Assembly (NCBI RefSeq): GCF_009914755.1
Contig: NC_060930.1
Source of the DNA: the human T2T-CHM13v2.0 reference genome, Homo sapiens
Strand: one strand, 5' to 3'
DNA length: 64,000 bases
Shown: positions 39,762-56,645 of the stretch, piece after piece
Layout: the number at the start of each line of letters is the position of its first letter
Position numbering within the stretch: position 1 is the stretch's first letter
Position numbers and translations under genes: made by a program
The notes under the pieces: model-generated
Told to the model about the DNA's origin: nothing
Seen by the model: only the letters and a program-made list of their open reading frames with translations
Databases searched by the model: none

Positions 39762-42700
39762 TGAATCAGTCAATACCAATCAAGACTGGAACACAAATTG
39801 GTAATTGGTTCAGATTCATGAGGAAAACACTCAGCTGTATCTTCATTAAAAGGCATTTTACATTTATTAAGGCTTGAAAGCAAGTCCTGTTATTCATCAC
39901 CATAGTTAAAGGTCTCGAGAAAATCAAGTAACTATCATTTGGAGTGTCTTTGTAAAATGAAACACTTGTTCTTTTACAAAAGCTAAGCATCTTTTGTTAA
40001 GCTAGTTAACTCCCCAGCTTATAAAATAGGACAACGAGGTGGCCAGGAAAGTAAGACAAATTCAAACATCAGCTGGATAATTTATATTTTAAATATATGT
40101 ATAGTCAATATTGTGAAATCTCTAACTCTACATAAAATACTTCAGATGACTGGATCCTTAAAAGTACATTTTACCAAAAACAGATTGCTTCTATAGAAAC
40201 ACAGAATAGCCCAAACCTTATATTGAGGCAACGTATTTTATTTATTTTTGGTTGCAAGAAAGGAATTGGATCTATTTCTTTAACGTTAAATGAAATTATG
40301 CACACTTTGGATCATACATAATTATGAATCGAAAGTATCCTGACACTAAGCTGGGAGATGCATACTGACAAAGGGGAAGAATGTGTGTTGATGAGGAGGG
40401 CACATGTTGCTTGATTTGAATGATAAAGAGAAATGGATAGAAGACAATGGGGCTGTGTGCAGCAGGTCCTGTTCGCTTAAGTTTTCCTAACATCAGAATC
40501 AGGGTGCTTCACATGCACATGTCTTTCTCTGATGCTTTCTTAAGATTCTCCTTAATGTCATTTAAAAAAATAAGAAAGTGATCCCTTGGGAATCATTGTA
40601 CTTAGTTTTAACCATGAGTTAACATTTCCTTTTTCCAAGGAGGATGACACCAGCATCTTGATTCACCGTGCAGTTGAGATGGCCCCTGGCCAGTGGGAAT
40701 TGAGGCGAGTCACAGAAGTACTTACCAAATACTCACCTGCTGCTTCTAGTTTAATTTAATTTTAGACACACACTCTCACAGTGATGCTAAACTCTTTACA
40801 AGATAGACCCGCAGCTTCCTGCCTCTGCCTCTCTCTTAGTTCTATTTGTCCAGGCCTTGCTGATTTCTGGGACTCTCATATGGTCAAGATCTATTTCAGG
40901 CATGACCTATCTTATGACAGTTCTAAGATGCTTGGTATTGTCTGTCTGTGGAGTGGCCATGGGGCACAGAACTGTGAAGAGCTTCTGTTGTTTCATTTGA
41001 TAAGGGCCTGGAAAGTCAGCCTGGGAAAACTCGCACTTGGTGTGGCCTTTTTCTGATAAGATCAAGACTTCACTGGCCCCACCAGCACAAGAAGGGAATG
41101 CTGAGGACAGGGCCATTTCCCAAGATAAAACTAGTTTGGGATCGTGTGGCCAAATAAGCTGATGGACTCTGTTTCCGACATTTCAGCTCATTTGCTTAGT
41201 GCTAGGTCACTCTACCTCTCGTTTAAAAGAATATAGCTATGCTCACATCTGTGACTCTGAATTTATCAAGCATTTGACTTTCTTTATCAGGAGATGAAGA
41301 AACTGTGCTTTGGATCCATCATGATTTTACTTATCCAGCTTACTTTTTACAGTTATTAAAATCTTACTCAATACCTTCTCTCTGGGCCAAACTCAGAAGC
41401 AGGCATTGCTGACTAGACAGTGAATTCAACTCAGTCATTCTGAGTTTGACTCTTGCTTCTGCCTTCGTCTCCCACTACCCTGCTTCCCCCACCCCCAATA
41501 GTGCTGTGCAAGTCAAAGAAGATAAATAAATACAAAATAAAATAAGATCTCAACACAAATACATCCCCTTTCTGTGCCACCAAAATGCTTTCTGAGCGAT
41601 TTGTATTCATTCAGGACCAATGAAAAGGAAGCCTCCTACCCTATAGCTGTATAGTTGTGGGGTCCCAACTGCAGACCCTCCCGTGCTCCCTGAGTTGTTC
41701 TTGGGACACCTAAGGACCTCACCACACTGTTGCTGAGACATGATGTGCTGCACATATGATAAGAAGGCCAGACAGGCTGAAGCATCTGGAGAAAGATCTC
41801 TTTTGAAACAAAAAAAAAAAAAAAAAAAAGGAAGGTAATATTAATATTATTGTTACTTTAATATACCATAATAAATCTAGTCATAAGACACCATAACTAA
41901 CTCTTAGTCCATAGTCACTTGCATTATATGATAATCCAGTGCTGAAATATAAAGAAATTTCTGAATTAAGTACCCAGAAGTGCCTTCCTTCTGTACTCCT
42001 CCCTCTCTTTCAAATGGCTATCATTGATCATATAACACCCCCACCTCCTTGTCTTAATATATTTATCTCTGTAAAACTAGCTCAACCACAGAAGGGACAT
42101 CTAGAAACAGCAATATTGATTTGGTTTGGCCTGTTTGTTTTTAAGGACTTTCCAGTTGCTGAATTCTGAACATCCAATCCGAGTCCTTGGAATTCTGCAG
42201 ACTTCTCTGGGGTGGAGTGGCCTCACCGGAGGCTTGGTTCTGTTTTCTCTGTGGCAATTGGCTATGATTCACAGATGTGTTTCCAGAACAGCCCAACTGT
42301 GGGTCTCAGGGAAGTAAACTGCCTCTTAGGTCATCCTGCCTGTGCTGTAAATTCGGGGAAGGATTTCTGAGTACAGCAGGATTTCACACTAATTAAAAGG
42401 CCTTCGGGATCATTTCAGCCCTCATCCCCCAGGAGGCCAGTTTGGGGCTTTTCCCTACAGTAAAAAAGGACTCTTTCCTCACCAGTTCTCCTTGTTAAAC
42501 ATCTCCAGGGCACAATTTCCAGGGGGACCTGGAAAGGTTCCTTTTGAGGTGGAAATGAATCAACTCATTCCGCCTTTTCAAAGCTTTCTCAGGCTTATAA
42601 AGTGTCCTACTGAGAAAGTTCCTCTTCCTCAATGGGCTCTAGGAGACCTCCTGCTTCCTCTCCTCTGATTTGATCAATGGGTTACTTTTTTTCTTCAGAG

Positions 42701-43607
42701 ATCCCTGGAGGCAGGTAGGTCCAGGGATTGCTTGGGTTAGAATTTGTTGATATTTCTATGGAAAGGACCCGTGCTATCCTGCCCTTGCTGAGAAATGAGC
42801 CAAGTCCAGGGGCTTTCCAGCACTTGGGAGCCTCACCCTTTACCAGCGAACACTATAGAAGGGGGATTGTTGAAGGTAAGGGCCTGTGGCAAATGGATTT
42901 TCTCACCGGGCGTTCACTGGGAGAAGGAGTTGATGAGTGCATTTTTCTTAGTTTCCTCTGCACAGGTCCCCAAGCTCAGGCTGGGTAAGCTTTTTAGGAG
43001 ATGAAACTTAAGGAGAATGACAAAAGAGTGAAATATTAGCTTAAAAATTTTTCCTTTTTTTTTTCACCTGGCAGTTGAGTCAGATTGTAGGAAAATTAAC
43101 CCAGATGGGTCTACATTTTTCTTCAAGTTCAAACCACATGGTTTCCTAGTCAGAAAGTCTCATGGACTTTCTTCCTAAGCTGTTCTATGATCAGACCACC
43201 TCCTAAATGTGGCTTTTACCCATTACAGGCTACAGTTGAATCAGGCAGGAGCAGCTGCTGGAGAGCACCCAGCCGACAGACCTGCATTCCAGAAGCAGCT
43301 TGGAGAAACTGGGAAGACATTTTTGACCCATTCTTGGGTTTTTACTGTAAGGTTAGCAGTTACATGATGCCACCAGTCCAAGACTTAGATCATGAGAGAA
43401 GGCCTTTTTAAAAGTTTACCAGGGAACATCGAGGCTCATAAAGAACTCTTTTGTCTTCACCCATCTCTCCTCCTCCCACTCCCATCCACTTTCTCATAGC
43501 TCAAAAACCACTCATTGGTAAGCACAGTCAAACCCAGGCCTGTAATCACCTCTGAAACAACTACTCCTAAGCAAGCAAACCCCATGGCTGGTAGACCCCG
43601 TGGGTAT

Positions 43608-43614
43608 TTTGGCA
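43608..43614 (-). promoter_or_regulatory. miR-96/miR-182 seed match (UGCCAAA) in the CLIC5 3'UTR
   Basis: Plus-strand tttggca = TGCCAAA on the mRNA, about 760 nt after the stop. Complementary to the seed core UUGGCA shared by miR-96 and miR-182, with A1. Confidence 0.6.
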
Positions 43615-44374
43615 TCAACACTGCTCCCCTCCCCTCCCATCCCAGTCACTGCAGTTTAGAATTGCATGCCAATTTCCTTTTCTGGCAGGGCCTGGACGGC
43701 ATGGAAGCCAGGGACAGCATGGGCCAGGTGCGCAGCAGCAGCAGCGCAGCATTCCTGGCACTGCAACAAACTGAGAATGTGTCTCAAGTGACTTTCCAGT
43801 CTGGCCCTTAGTGCCCAATAACCAGAGTGTCAGAAGTAGTGAGACTGAAGCTGTGTTTGCCAGACACCCAAGTCCATAGCCAGCTCGGTACTCCTCCATT
43901 CACTCTCTCTGTCTCCCCTAATGGGGTAATAGATCTCTTTCTAAGAAGGATGAAGATGGCGTTTGTCCTTGGCCTTGTAGGTATGGACGGAGAGGAGGGT
44001 AGAAAAGGAGTTGGTGTTGCATGTTTCTAAAGCATCTGAGAAGGTATTTTGATATTGGCAGAAGAAGCTAGTGGCAATCCCATATGTGGGCTCTCCAACA
44101 CTGACTGACCCCAAACATGCTGAGCCCAGATCAGGCTGGCCGGCCGAAAGGTGGACTGTGTCTATCATTTCTGCTAGATTCCTATGTGAGGAGGCCAGGG
44201 ATGGTGCTGACCTTCATGAAAGATAGCAGGCTGGAGTTCCCATGATACCAGCAAGATGAGGCTTGATTATAAAAAGTGCGCCTCAAGGCAGTGATACAGA
44301 GGAGTCTATGAAGCTGGAGTCTTAGGGGAGTGGTTGAGTCCTTCTGCAGCGGGGATGGGGCAAAATGGCTGTGC

Positions 44375-44542
44375 TCAGGATCGGCTGAGGCGTTTGGCGA
44401 CATCAGCGTAGGCCAACTCGATCTCACTGTCAGCTGCACAGGTGTTGGTGAACTCATCACGGGCATAGGCGTTCTTGAGGTACCGCCACAGGCCTGTCAT
44501 CTCAGCCGGGATATCATAGTTGCGGTATTTCTTGGCCACAAT
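44375..44542 (-). CDS. CLIC5: CLIC5 canonical last coding exon (55 aa + TGA)
   Basis: Acceptor ccatctgttttag| at 44543. Translates [55 protein letters not shown], in frame with the phase-0 donor at 55645. Missed by the ORF track because it has no Met start. Confidence 0.98.
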   Translation of the reverse strand: MVAKKYRNYDIPAEMTGLWRYLKNAYARDEFTNTCAADSEIELAYADVAKRLSRS

Positions 44543-45329
44543 CTAAAACAGATGGCAGGACAGAGGTGGTGTGAAGGCATGAAACAAATCATTAGAAAGT
44601 GTTAGTGGCCGTCCCAGTGTGTGTGCACTGCAGGAAACCTCCGTGCATCACCACGGGCCATCAGTGATATGTTTGAAATGCAAGGTGGCAGTGCTGTCTT
44701 CTTTTTGTTTTGTTTTAATTTAATTTCTTAAGTAAACATAATTTGCCCTTTGACCTAGTGTGTCAAATTCTAGGAATTTTTTCTCAGGAAATAATCATGG
44801 ATGGATATAAAGATTTACCTACACAATTATGATCCCAGAGCTATTTTGAATAACAAAAATGGTGCACAGCGCCAAAGTCCAACAATATATGAATACATAC
44901 ATTATCTTACACAAATAAAATGTCATAGTGGAGGGACATTAAAAATGATGCTGCTAAGAAAATCTAGTGATCTGGAAAACTCTCCAAGATAGACTATTAC
45001 ATTTAAAGTTCAAGTATAATGCATTTGGAGAAACATGTATGATGGCTAGATGTCTATATACCTATATATTACCAGTGGTTATGTCTGATTGATAGAATTA
45101 CCAACAATTTTTCTTTTCTTCTTTCTCTTATTCACTTTGTTTTACACAGGCCAGTTTTTCCCTTCTTTATTTATAGAAGGGAAAAAAAACCATGAAAAGC
45201 AAGTTAGATATTGGAATGTATATGTAGGTTTAGACTATGACATAAAAGTAAGCAAATACTGATTTCTGTTCTCGCCCTGGTTTGCCACAGTCAGGGGGGA
45301 TGTGGACTGGAGAGTTCTGGAGAAGTGGT

Positions 45330-45595
45330 ATTTATGTTGAGAGAAACAAGAGCAAAGTGATTAAAAGCATGGGCTCTGGATACCAACTGACTGGATTTGC
45401 AATCATGGCTCCACTTAGCAGCTGTGTGACATTGGGCAGGTTACTTAACCTTTCTGAGCTCCAATTTCTTTATCTCTAAAATGGATATAATAATAAAACC
45501 TACTTTGGAGTAATAAATTAGTTAATACACATCAAATGCTTAGAGGAGTGCCTGGCAAATAGTAAATACTCAATAAACATCAAGTATTATTATAA
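45330..45595. mobile_element. MIR SINE (near full length)
   Basis: gctgtgtgacattgggcaggttacttaacctttctgagctc...aaaatgg...gtgcctggcaaatagtaaatactcaataaa. Confidence 0.85.
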
Positions 45596-45679
45596 TTCAT
45601 TGAGACCTAGCTTGTACCCATTTGCATGCATTTTCTTAATGGGGACAGCAGGATGGTTTCTTTAATGAGGTCTCTCTAG

Positions 45680-45846
45680 CTGCGGCAGCTTCATGGACCT
45701 GTGACCTGTGCAGTCTCACCTTGCACTCAGAAGAGCCCTGCTGTTGATTTAATGCTCTGGGGTCAATGTGTGGAAATTCTTAATAATTTTTAAACAGGGC
45801 CCCCCTGTTTTCACTGTGCACTAGGGCCTGCACATTAGCTGGTCCT
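45680..45846 (+). mobile_element. MER45A-like hAT-Tip100 element
   Basis: gcttcatggacctgtgacctgtgcagtc...tttaatgctctg...gaaattcttaataatttt...gcactagggcc. Confidence 0.65.
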
Positions 45847-45906
45847 CCTCTAGCCCTTCCAGGCTAGGCTAGGGTAGTGGTAACAGGAGAGTAGTATCAC
45901 TTCTGA

Positions 45907-46164
45907 CTCCCCTCCCTCCCTCTTTTCTGTCCCTCCCTCCCTCCCTCTCTCCTTCCCTCCCTCCCTCTCTCCTTCCCTCCCTCCCTCTCTCCTTCCCTCC
46001 CTCCCTCTCTCCTTCCCTCCCTCCCTCTCTCCTTCCCTCCCTCCCTCCTTCTCTCCTTCCCTCCTTCTTTCCTTCCCTCCCTACTCCCTTCCTTCCTTCC
46101 TTCCTTCCATCCTTCCTCTCTCTTTCTCTCACTCTCTCTCTCCTTCTCTTCCTTCCTTCCCTCT

Positions 46165-46170
<6 letters not shown>
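45907..46170 (+). repeat. C/T-rich tandem repeat including five perfect copies of a 20-bp unit
   Basis: (ctccctctctccttccctcc)x5 at 45941-46040, within a longer CT tract abutting the L1 tail. Confidence 0.95.
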
Positions 46171-51240
<5,070 letters not shown>

Positions 51241-52139
51241 TCTACCTTGCTTTCATTTTCAGAGAGGGCCCTAGACCATTGACCCTGGGATCCTCCCATT
51301 CAGAGAAGCCCCAGATCAGTCACTCTGGGCTTTTGTCTCCATTTTGGTGCTGGTAATATGCAGAGTTTCCCAGAAAGTTATGCTGAAGTGAAGGATGATG
51401 ATGACTTGATGGATGAAAAACTCACTGTTGCAGACATGTTCACAGACATCTGGGAACATTTTTTCCCCTCTATGCTCCTAGGCCAGTGTTGAACTTCTGT
51501 TATAACACTGAGCTATAATCTATTCTGAATCATGATTACTGTTTCAGTACCCTTTTTTTTTCTAACTTGTGGGCAGTGTAAGGATAGCAATCACAGGTTC
51601 TTCACTTCTGTACTCCTTGATAATCTCAATAATGATGTTGATCAGAGGAATGATAATAACAAACATTTATTCACTGTGTGCTCTGTTCCAGGGACTGCTT
51701 TAAGTACTTTGCAAGGTACTTAAATCTCTAAATAATCCTATAAGGAAGAATCTATTATATTCCCATTTACAGATGAGAAAAGCAAGACAAAGGGAGATTA
51801 AATAGGTTGGGATTCAAAGTTTACAATCTTATCTGTACATCAGACAAGGTTCTCTAGTGTCAAGTGTAATAAAATAATTTTAAAGACTGAAGATCCCTAG
51901 CAATGAGCAAACTGAAGCTACAAGAGATTATGTGACTTAATGTTACATGATAAATTAATTAATTTAACCAATATCTATTGAGTTACCATTAATATTTATT
52001 ACAGTCCTTGCTTTATAATCCACAGTTCTTTCTACTTTACTACTCAGCCCTACATAGCTGATAAAGCAATGGGTCGGTCTACTCAGAATCCCTCATGTTC
52101 CAGCCATTAATTTACTGTTGCTTGTCTCCAAACCTACTC

Positions 52140-52695
52140 TTCTATTTACTATTTTTTGTGATGCTGGGGCTAGGACTGAGCAGATCACATCTCTTCTTTG
52201 CCAGTGAATCCTGTTAGGTTCTGCCAAGAGGAGTTACTGGAGAGAGCCAGCAAGGTTGGAGGAGGAGAAGGGAGGGAGAAGCCCATGCTTTTCAGCTTCC
52301 TCTTTCTGTCAGAGTCTCCATTTATTTCTGGGAGCAGCAGCTGAATCCAGTTTGCTATTTTGTCAATACTCACAGGACCACTTCATCATACCCACGCAGA
52401 GAGGCCAGCACATAGCAGGAACTCTGCTTTAGAGGCTGGATCCCAGCCAACCTGAGCTTGGACCCTGGCACCAGCTGAGCATCACTTTCACCGACATTCA
52501 GCTCTGCAGGGTCCCTCATCTACAGAGCCCCTAAGTTTGTAAGTTTTAATAATTCCAACCTCTTCCCTTTGTTCCTCCTGCCCTAGGAGTAGTAGCTGCC
52601 TCTTGAAGGTAGAACCTCCTAGTATATTTTGCCTTTCCAGTTCTTTACTACATAGTACTTCCTTAAATTCTCTCTGTTAAAATAACTGGTTTGGT
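52140..52695 (+). mobile_element. ERVL LTR (LTR33-like)
   Basis: tgtgatgctggggctaggact...ctttgccag...ctgttaggttctgccaa...aaattctctctgttaaaataactgg. Confidence 0.6.
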
Positions 52696-53057
52696 GTGGG
52701 CACCAAAGAAGCCACCCCCACACTGTTCTGTCTGGCTTAGGTAATTACAAGCAAGGGTGATGAAGTCCGAGTCCTTTGATAAAGCTCTCACAATGAGAGA
52801 TGCCACCACGATATCTCCCCAGTCCCTTTCTGTTCACTGAAAGATGATGATCCCTTGGGTTGGGCCAAGTTCCTTTGAGAAGAGGCTGTCTTGGCTAAGA
52901 GCAAATTCATGCAGGAGTGGTGGCCTGACCAAGAGAACTGGCTGGAATTTATCAGAGTGGATGAAAAGGGTCTCCAATAAGATAAAGGGATCCAAAAGTA
53001 TTTTTCACAGTGACACACTGATTCATAGAGTAGCCTCAAGTCATTTCATACTGAAAT

Positions 53058-53063
53058 TTTATT
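53058..53063 (-). terminator. Poly(A) signal for the proximal alternative last exon (~1.1-kb 3'UTR)
   Basis: Minus strand CTGAAAATAAAATTTCAGTATG, about 1.07 kb downstream of the stop at 54128. Confidence 0.65.
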
Positions 53064-54127
53064 TTCAGGATTTTAAAGGGCAGAATGTTAGTTTCAATAC
53101 AGCAGAAATGCAATTTGTAAATATATACTTCTATTGATGTTGGTGTTCCCCTTCTTGTTTGTCTCCAGGGCTGAACATCGTCACTATGCTAGGCAAGGAT
53201 CCCAGTGGGCAAGGAAAGGCCTGCAGATGCCTCTCCCAACGAAGACCTGTGCACCCTGGGCCTTGGCTGCTGAGCTGGTCATTTCTTCACACATTGGCTT
53301 GACTTTGGGAGATGAGAACTAGGAGGGGGCCAGACAATGAATGTTCAAGCCAAACTCTCATGGAGAGCCTGGGCCAGAGCAACTCTGCTTCCAGGGATGG
53401 AGATAAACCTGAAAGCGAGCCACGCAAGAGGAGAGTGAGCATGAAAGCAGCAAGGGGGTAAGGATGCACACGGAGATCTGACGTTCGCAGGGACTTCCAT
53501 GCTCATGTTCTGAATTTGCTCTTTCATATGAAAACAGTTAGCTCCCACAGCCCAGATTAAGTTTTGGCATCCGAAGCCAAACTGGAGGCCTGACTTGGCT
53601 TCCCCTTCGCTCTTTGTGAACTTTAGAGGTTTGCCAGGTTTCTGGGATCTGATAAGCTGGATCAGCAGAAATCCAAAGAGATAGGGGCCAAGGGCTGGCC
53701 TTTGTTCTTTCATTGGCCATCTTCTTTTTGATCTCCAGCTTCTCTGGGTTAACCACCCACTGAATTTTCTCCAAGGACAGGGCTTCACTGAGTAATTTAA
53801 GGCAGGTGGGAATTGAGGAAATCACAGGATGAAGCCCAAGGCTTGGGAGATTCATTTGTTTGCTTTGTTCAACAAATGGTTTTTGAGTGGTAGTGAATAC
53901 ATGTTTGAGCAAGAGAAAAGGAAAGAAGGAGGGAAAGAAGAAAGGAAAAGAAGGCAAGAAGGAATACAATCCACTTCTGTTCTTCTAGGCATGAGAAAAA
54001 TGAATTCCAAAAAGATTAAATGATGTGCCTCAGCTCATGCTGCTAGTTGGCAGCAAATACAGGACCGGAACTCGGGTCTCCTGATCTTTGCATTGTATCA
54101 CTCTGACACAGTGTGACTGAGCTGGAA

Positions 54128-54157
54128 TTATATCATCCCTTTCAGTGGTACTTGTTC
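54128..54157 (-). CDS. CLIC5: CLIC5 proximal alternative last exon, coding part EQVPLKGMI*
   Basis: Strong acceptor tcctttattcttcttctccttag| then GAA CAA GTA CCA CTG AAA GGG ATG ATA TAA, phase-0 compatible. I recall EQVPLKGMI as the C-terminus of an annotated short CLIC5 isoform (from memory, not verified here). Confidence 0.85.
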   Translation of the reverse strand, partial: EQVPLKGMI

Positions 54158-54699
54158 CTAAGGAGAAGAAGAATAAAGGATGATGGGTGGGGCATGCAGT
54201 AGTTAATAACTTCAAAGAGACATAGATTGGCTGGACCTACAAGTGACTATTGGCTTGGCCCCAAATCCAAAATGTTCTTTTCTAAATAGGTTGTATTTGC
54301 CCACTCCATTTTTATGCATGATTCCCTCTCAGTCTTCAGCTCTAAGGCATACGGAAACACCAGTGTACACACAACTGAGTGACTTCAGCTCAAGCTGGTA
54401 CATGCTCTGGTTGGAGAGGAGATAGCATTTTTGACTCGGGACTTGAGCTGAAAAATAATAGGCATATACTCAGCTGACAGATGATTGAATCTGAGTCTTC
54501 TCAGTGAAGCATAGAAATAAACTGGATATCGTAAAGACTTACACCAGGTGATCAAATGATCAATCAATGAGTATTTATTGAATGGCCACTGTGTGCCCAC
54601 CATCACACTTTAAAAAGGTCCTTTCCTCACAGAGTTTGCTGTCTGGCTGAGACAGTAAGATATAAGCATGCGTAAAATAGAGCACAGTATGGCTATCTG

Positions 54700-55060
54700 A
54701 TACTAGGCTGACGAGGGTCAGGAAAGAATGGGGGAAGAAGTGCTCATTGACAGAGCTTAGGGGGATACAACTACTGTCTTCAAATGAGGTGAAGGCAAGC
54801 AAAGCTGTTCTCTGTTACTCTAGAGAAAAAATGGATAGCAGGGAGGCATGCTTGGGCTCATTGTAAAGAACAATGATTTAATAATCAGAGCTATCTAACA
54901 TGGTAGGGCTGGCTCATTAAGCAGAGGGCTCCTCGTTCTCAGAGGCTGCAGTCACAGCTTCACAGAAGCCTGTCACAGAAACAGCAGAAAGTGGTCCAGG
55001 TTGAAGTGGGAGATTGTTTTGGATGACCTCTAAATGTCCTTTCCAACTCTCAGATTCCCA
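54700..55060 (+). mobile_element. CR1/L3-like or MIR3 ancient fragment
   Basis: gtcttcaaat...ggatgacctctaaatgtcctttccaactc resembles the CR1/L3 3' end. Confidence 0.45.
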
Positions 55061-55195
55061 GGGTTTGTTATATAGGAGAGGATGACACTACATGCTGCAA
55101 ATGGTTAGTAAGTGCAATGATAGCAAGAAAGTGACATCACTTCTTGCAACCTCCACCTCTTCATTTGATAGATGAGGAAAATAATGTGGGCTCAC

Positions 55196-55230
55196 CTTAG
55201 GAAGTTGCTGGAGGAAGTGAGAAGGTGGGT
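55196..55230 (-). CDS. CLIC5: 35-nt CLIC5 cassette microexon (THLLTSSSNFL + AG)
   Basis: Acceptor cattttttctttgtgcacag| ACCCACCTTCTCACTTCCTCCAGCAACTTCCTAAG |gtgagc donor. Both sites are near consensus, and the exon is open in the CLIC5 frame. Confidence 0.7.
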
Positions 55231-55645
55231 CTGTGCACAAAGAAAAAATGCATATGAGGGCACATTTAATAGAGCTGTAGGGGTGTAGCCAGGGAAATCC
55301 TATGAGGAAGAGGCCTTTGGAGTGATATGACTGTATACAACAACGATAATTGCGACTATTACACATATTAAGCCCCCACAATATGCCAAGCACTTTCACG
55401 CTGTATTTACTCTTCCACCAACACTTGAAGTAAGCAATATATGCCTATTTTATAAATGAAAACTGAAGCTCAAGGAGGCCACACAGCCAACAAGCAGCAG
55501 AGGGTGACCTTGGGTCCTTATTACCTGACTTCAGGGTCCAGGTTCTTGACCAACAGGTGGTACTGTCCTTGACTCATCCACACAGGTGACCTGGGCCTAA
55601 GATGGAGCTGGATCTTGCAGGCCCCTGTGGGTAGAGCTCTCTTAC

Positions 55646-55827
55646 CTTGACCACATGGAGCTTGGGCAACAGATTGCAGTCAGCCAGGGTCAGCTCATCC
55701 CCATCCAGGAACTTGCGCCGGGACCCCTTGTCTTCCCCACAAGTGTTGGCGTCAATCTCCTCTGGTAGAGGGGTGTTCAGGTAGTCATCCAATTTCTTTA
55801 GAGCCTTGGTTAGGCCTCTTTCAAGAG
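55646..55827 (-). CDS. CLIC5: CLIC5 penultimate coding exon (182 nt), part of the GST-like C-terminal domain
   Basis: Translates (A)[60 protein letters not shown], recognisable CLIC5 sequence with the CLIC motif [18 protein letters not shown]. Acceptor tttactctttcatgccag| at 55828, donor AAG|gtaaga at 55645. Phase 1 start, phase 0 end. Confidence 0.98.
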
Positions 55828-56087
55828 CTGGCATGAAAGAGTAAAAGGGCCTTTATTCAAACTTCTTGCCAGTGGATACAGTCATAGGGTCTTCAGAGTG
55901 GAGTAGCTCATCTAGAATCCTGTCCCCTTCATCACACTGCCAGCTCCCCACACACTGCAGAATACCTGGAAACCATTAACACAATGCAGTAGAAGTGTAC
56001 TAAATAGGCTGAAAAGGCAAACTCTAACCAAACAATAAACACTAGCTAATCTTTTGCTTTGAAAAAAATACATAAATATAGAAACAC

Positions 56088-56645
<558 letters not shown>

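Larger units (their letters stand above)
39735..44374 (-). other. CLIC5: Long (~4.6 kb) CLIC5 3'UTR, largely free of interspersed repeats
   Basis: Runs from the stop codon at 44375 to an AATAAA at 39756-39761 (minus strand). No Alu or L1 seen inside, in contrast with the flanks. The exact cleavage site is estimated. Confidence 0.85.

Noticed and set aside
44369-44377. Possible stop-codon readthrough of CLIC5
   Set aside because: The context is TGA GCA, not the TGA CTAG readthrough motif.
44182-44605. ORFs overlapping the CLIC5 last exon (alternate frame on -, antisense on +)
   Set aside because: Shadow ORFs of a real coding exon, with no independent start context or homology.
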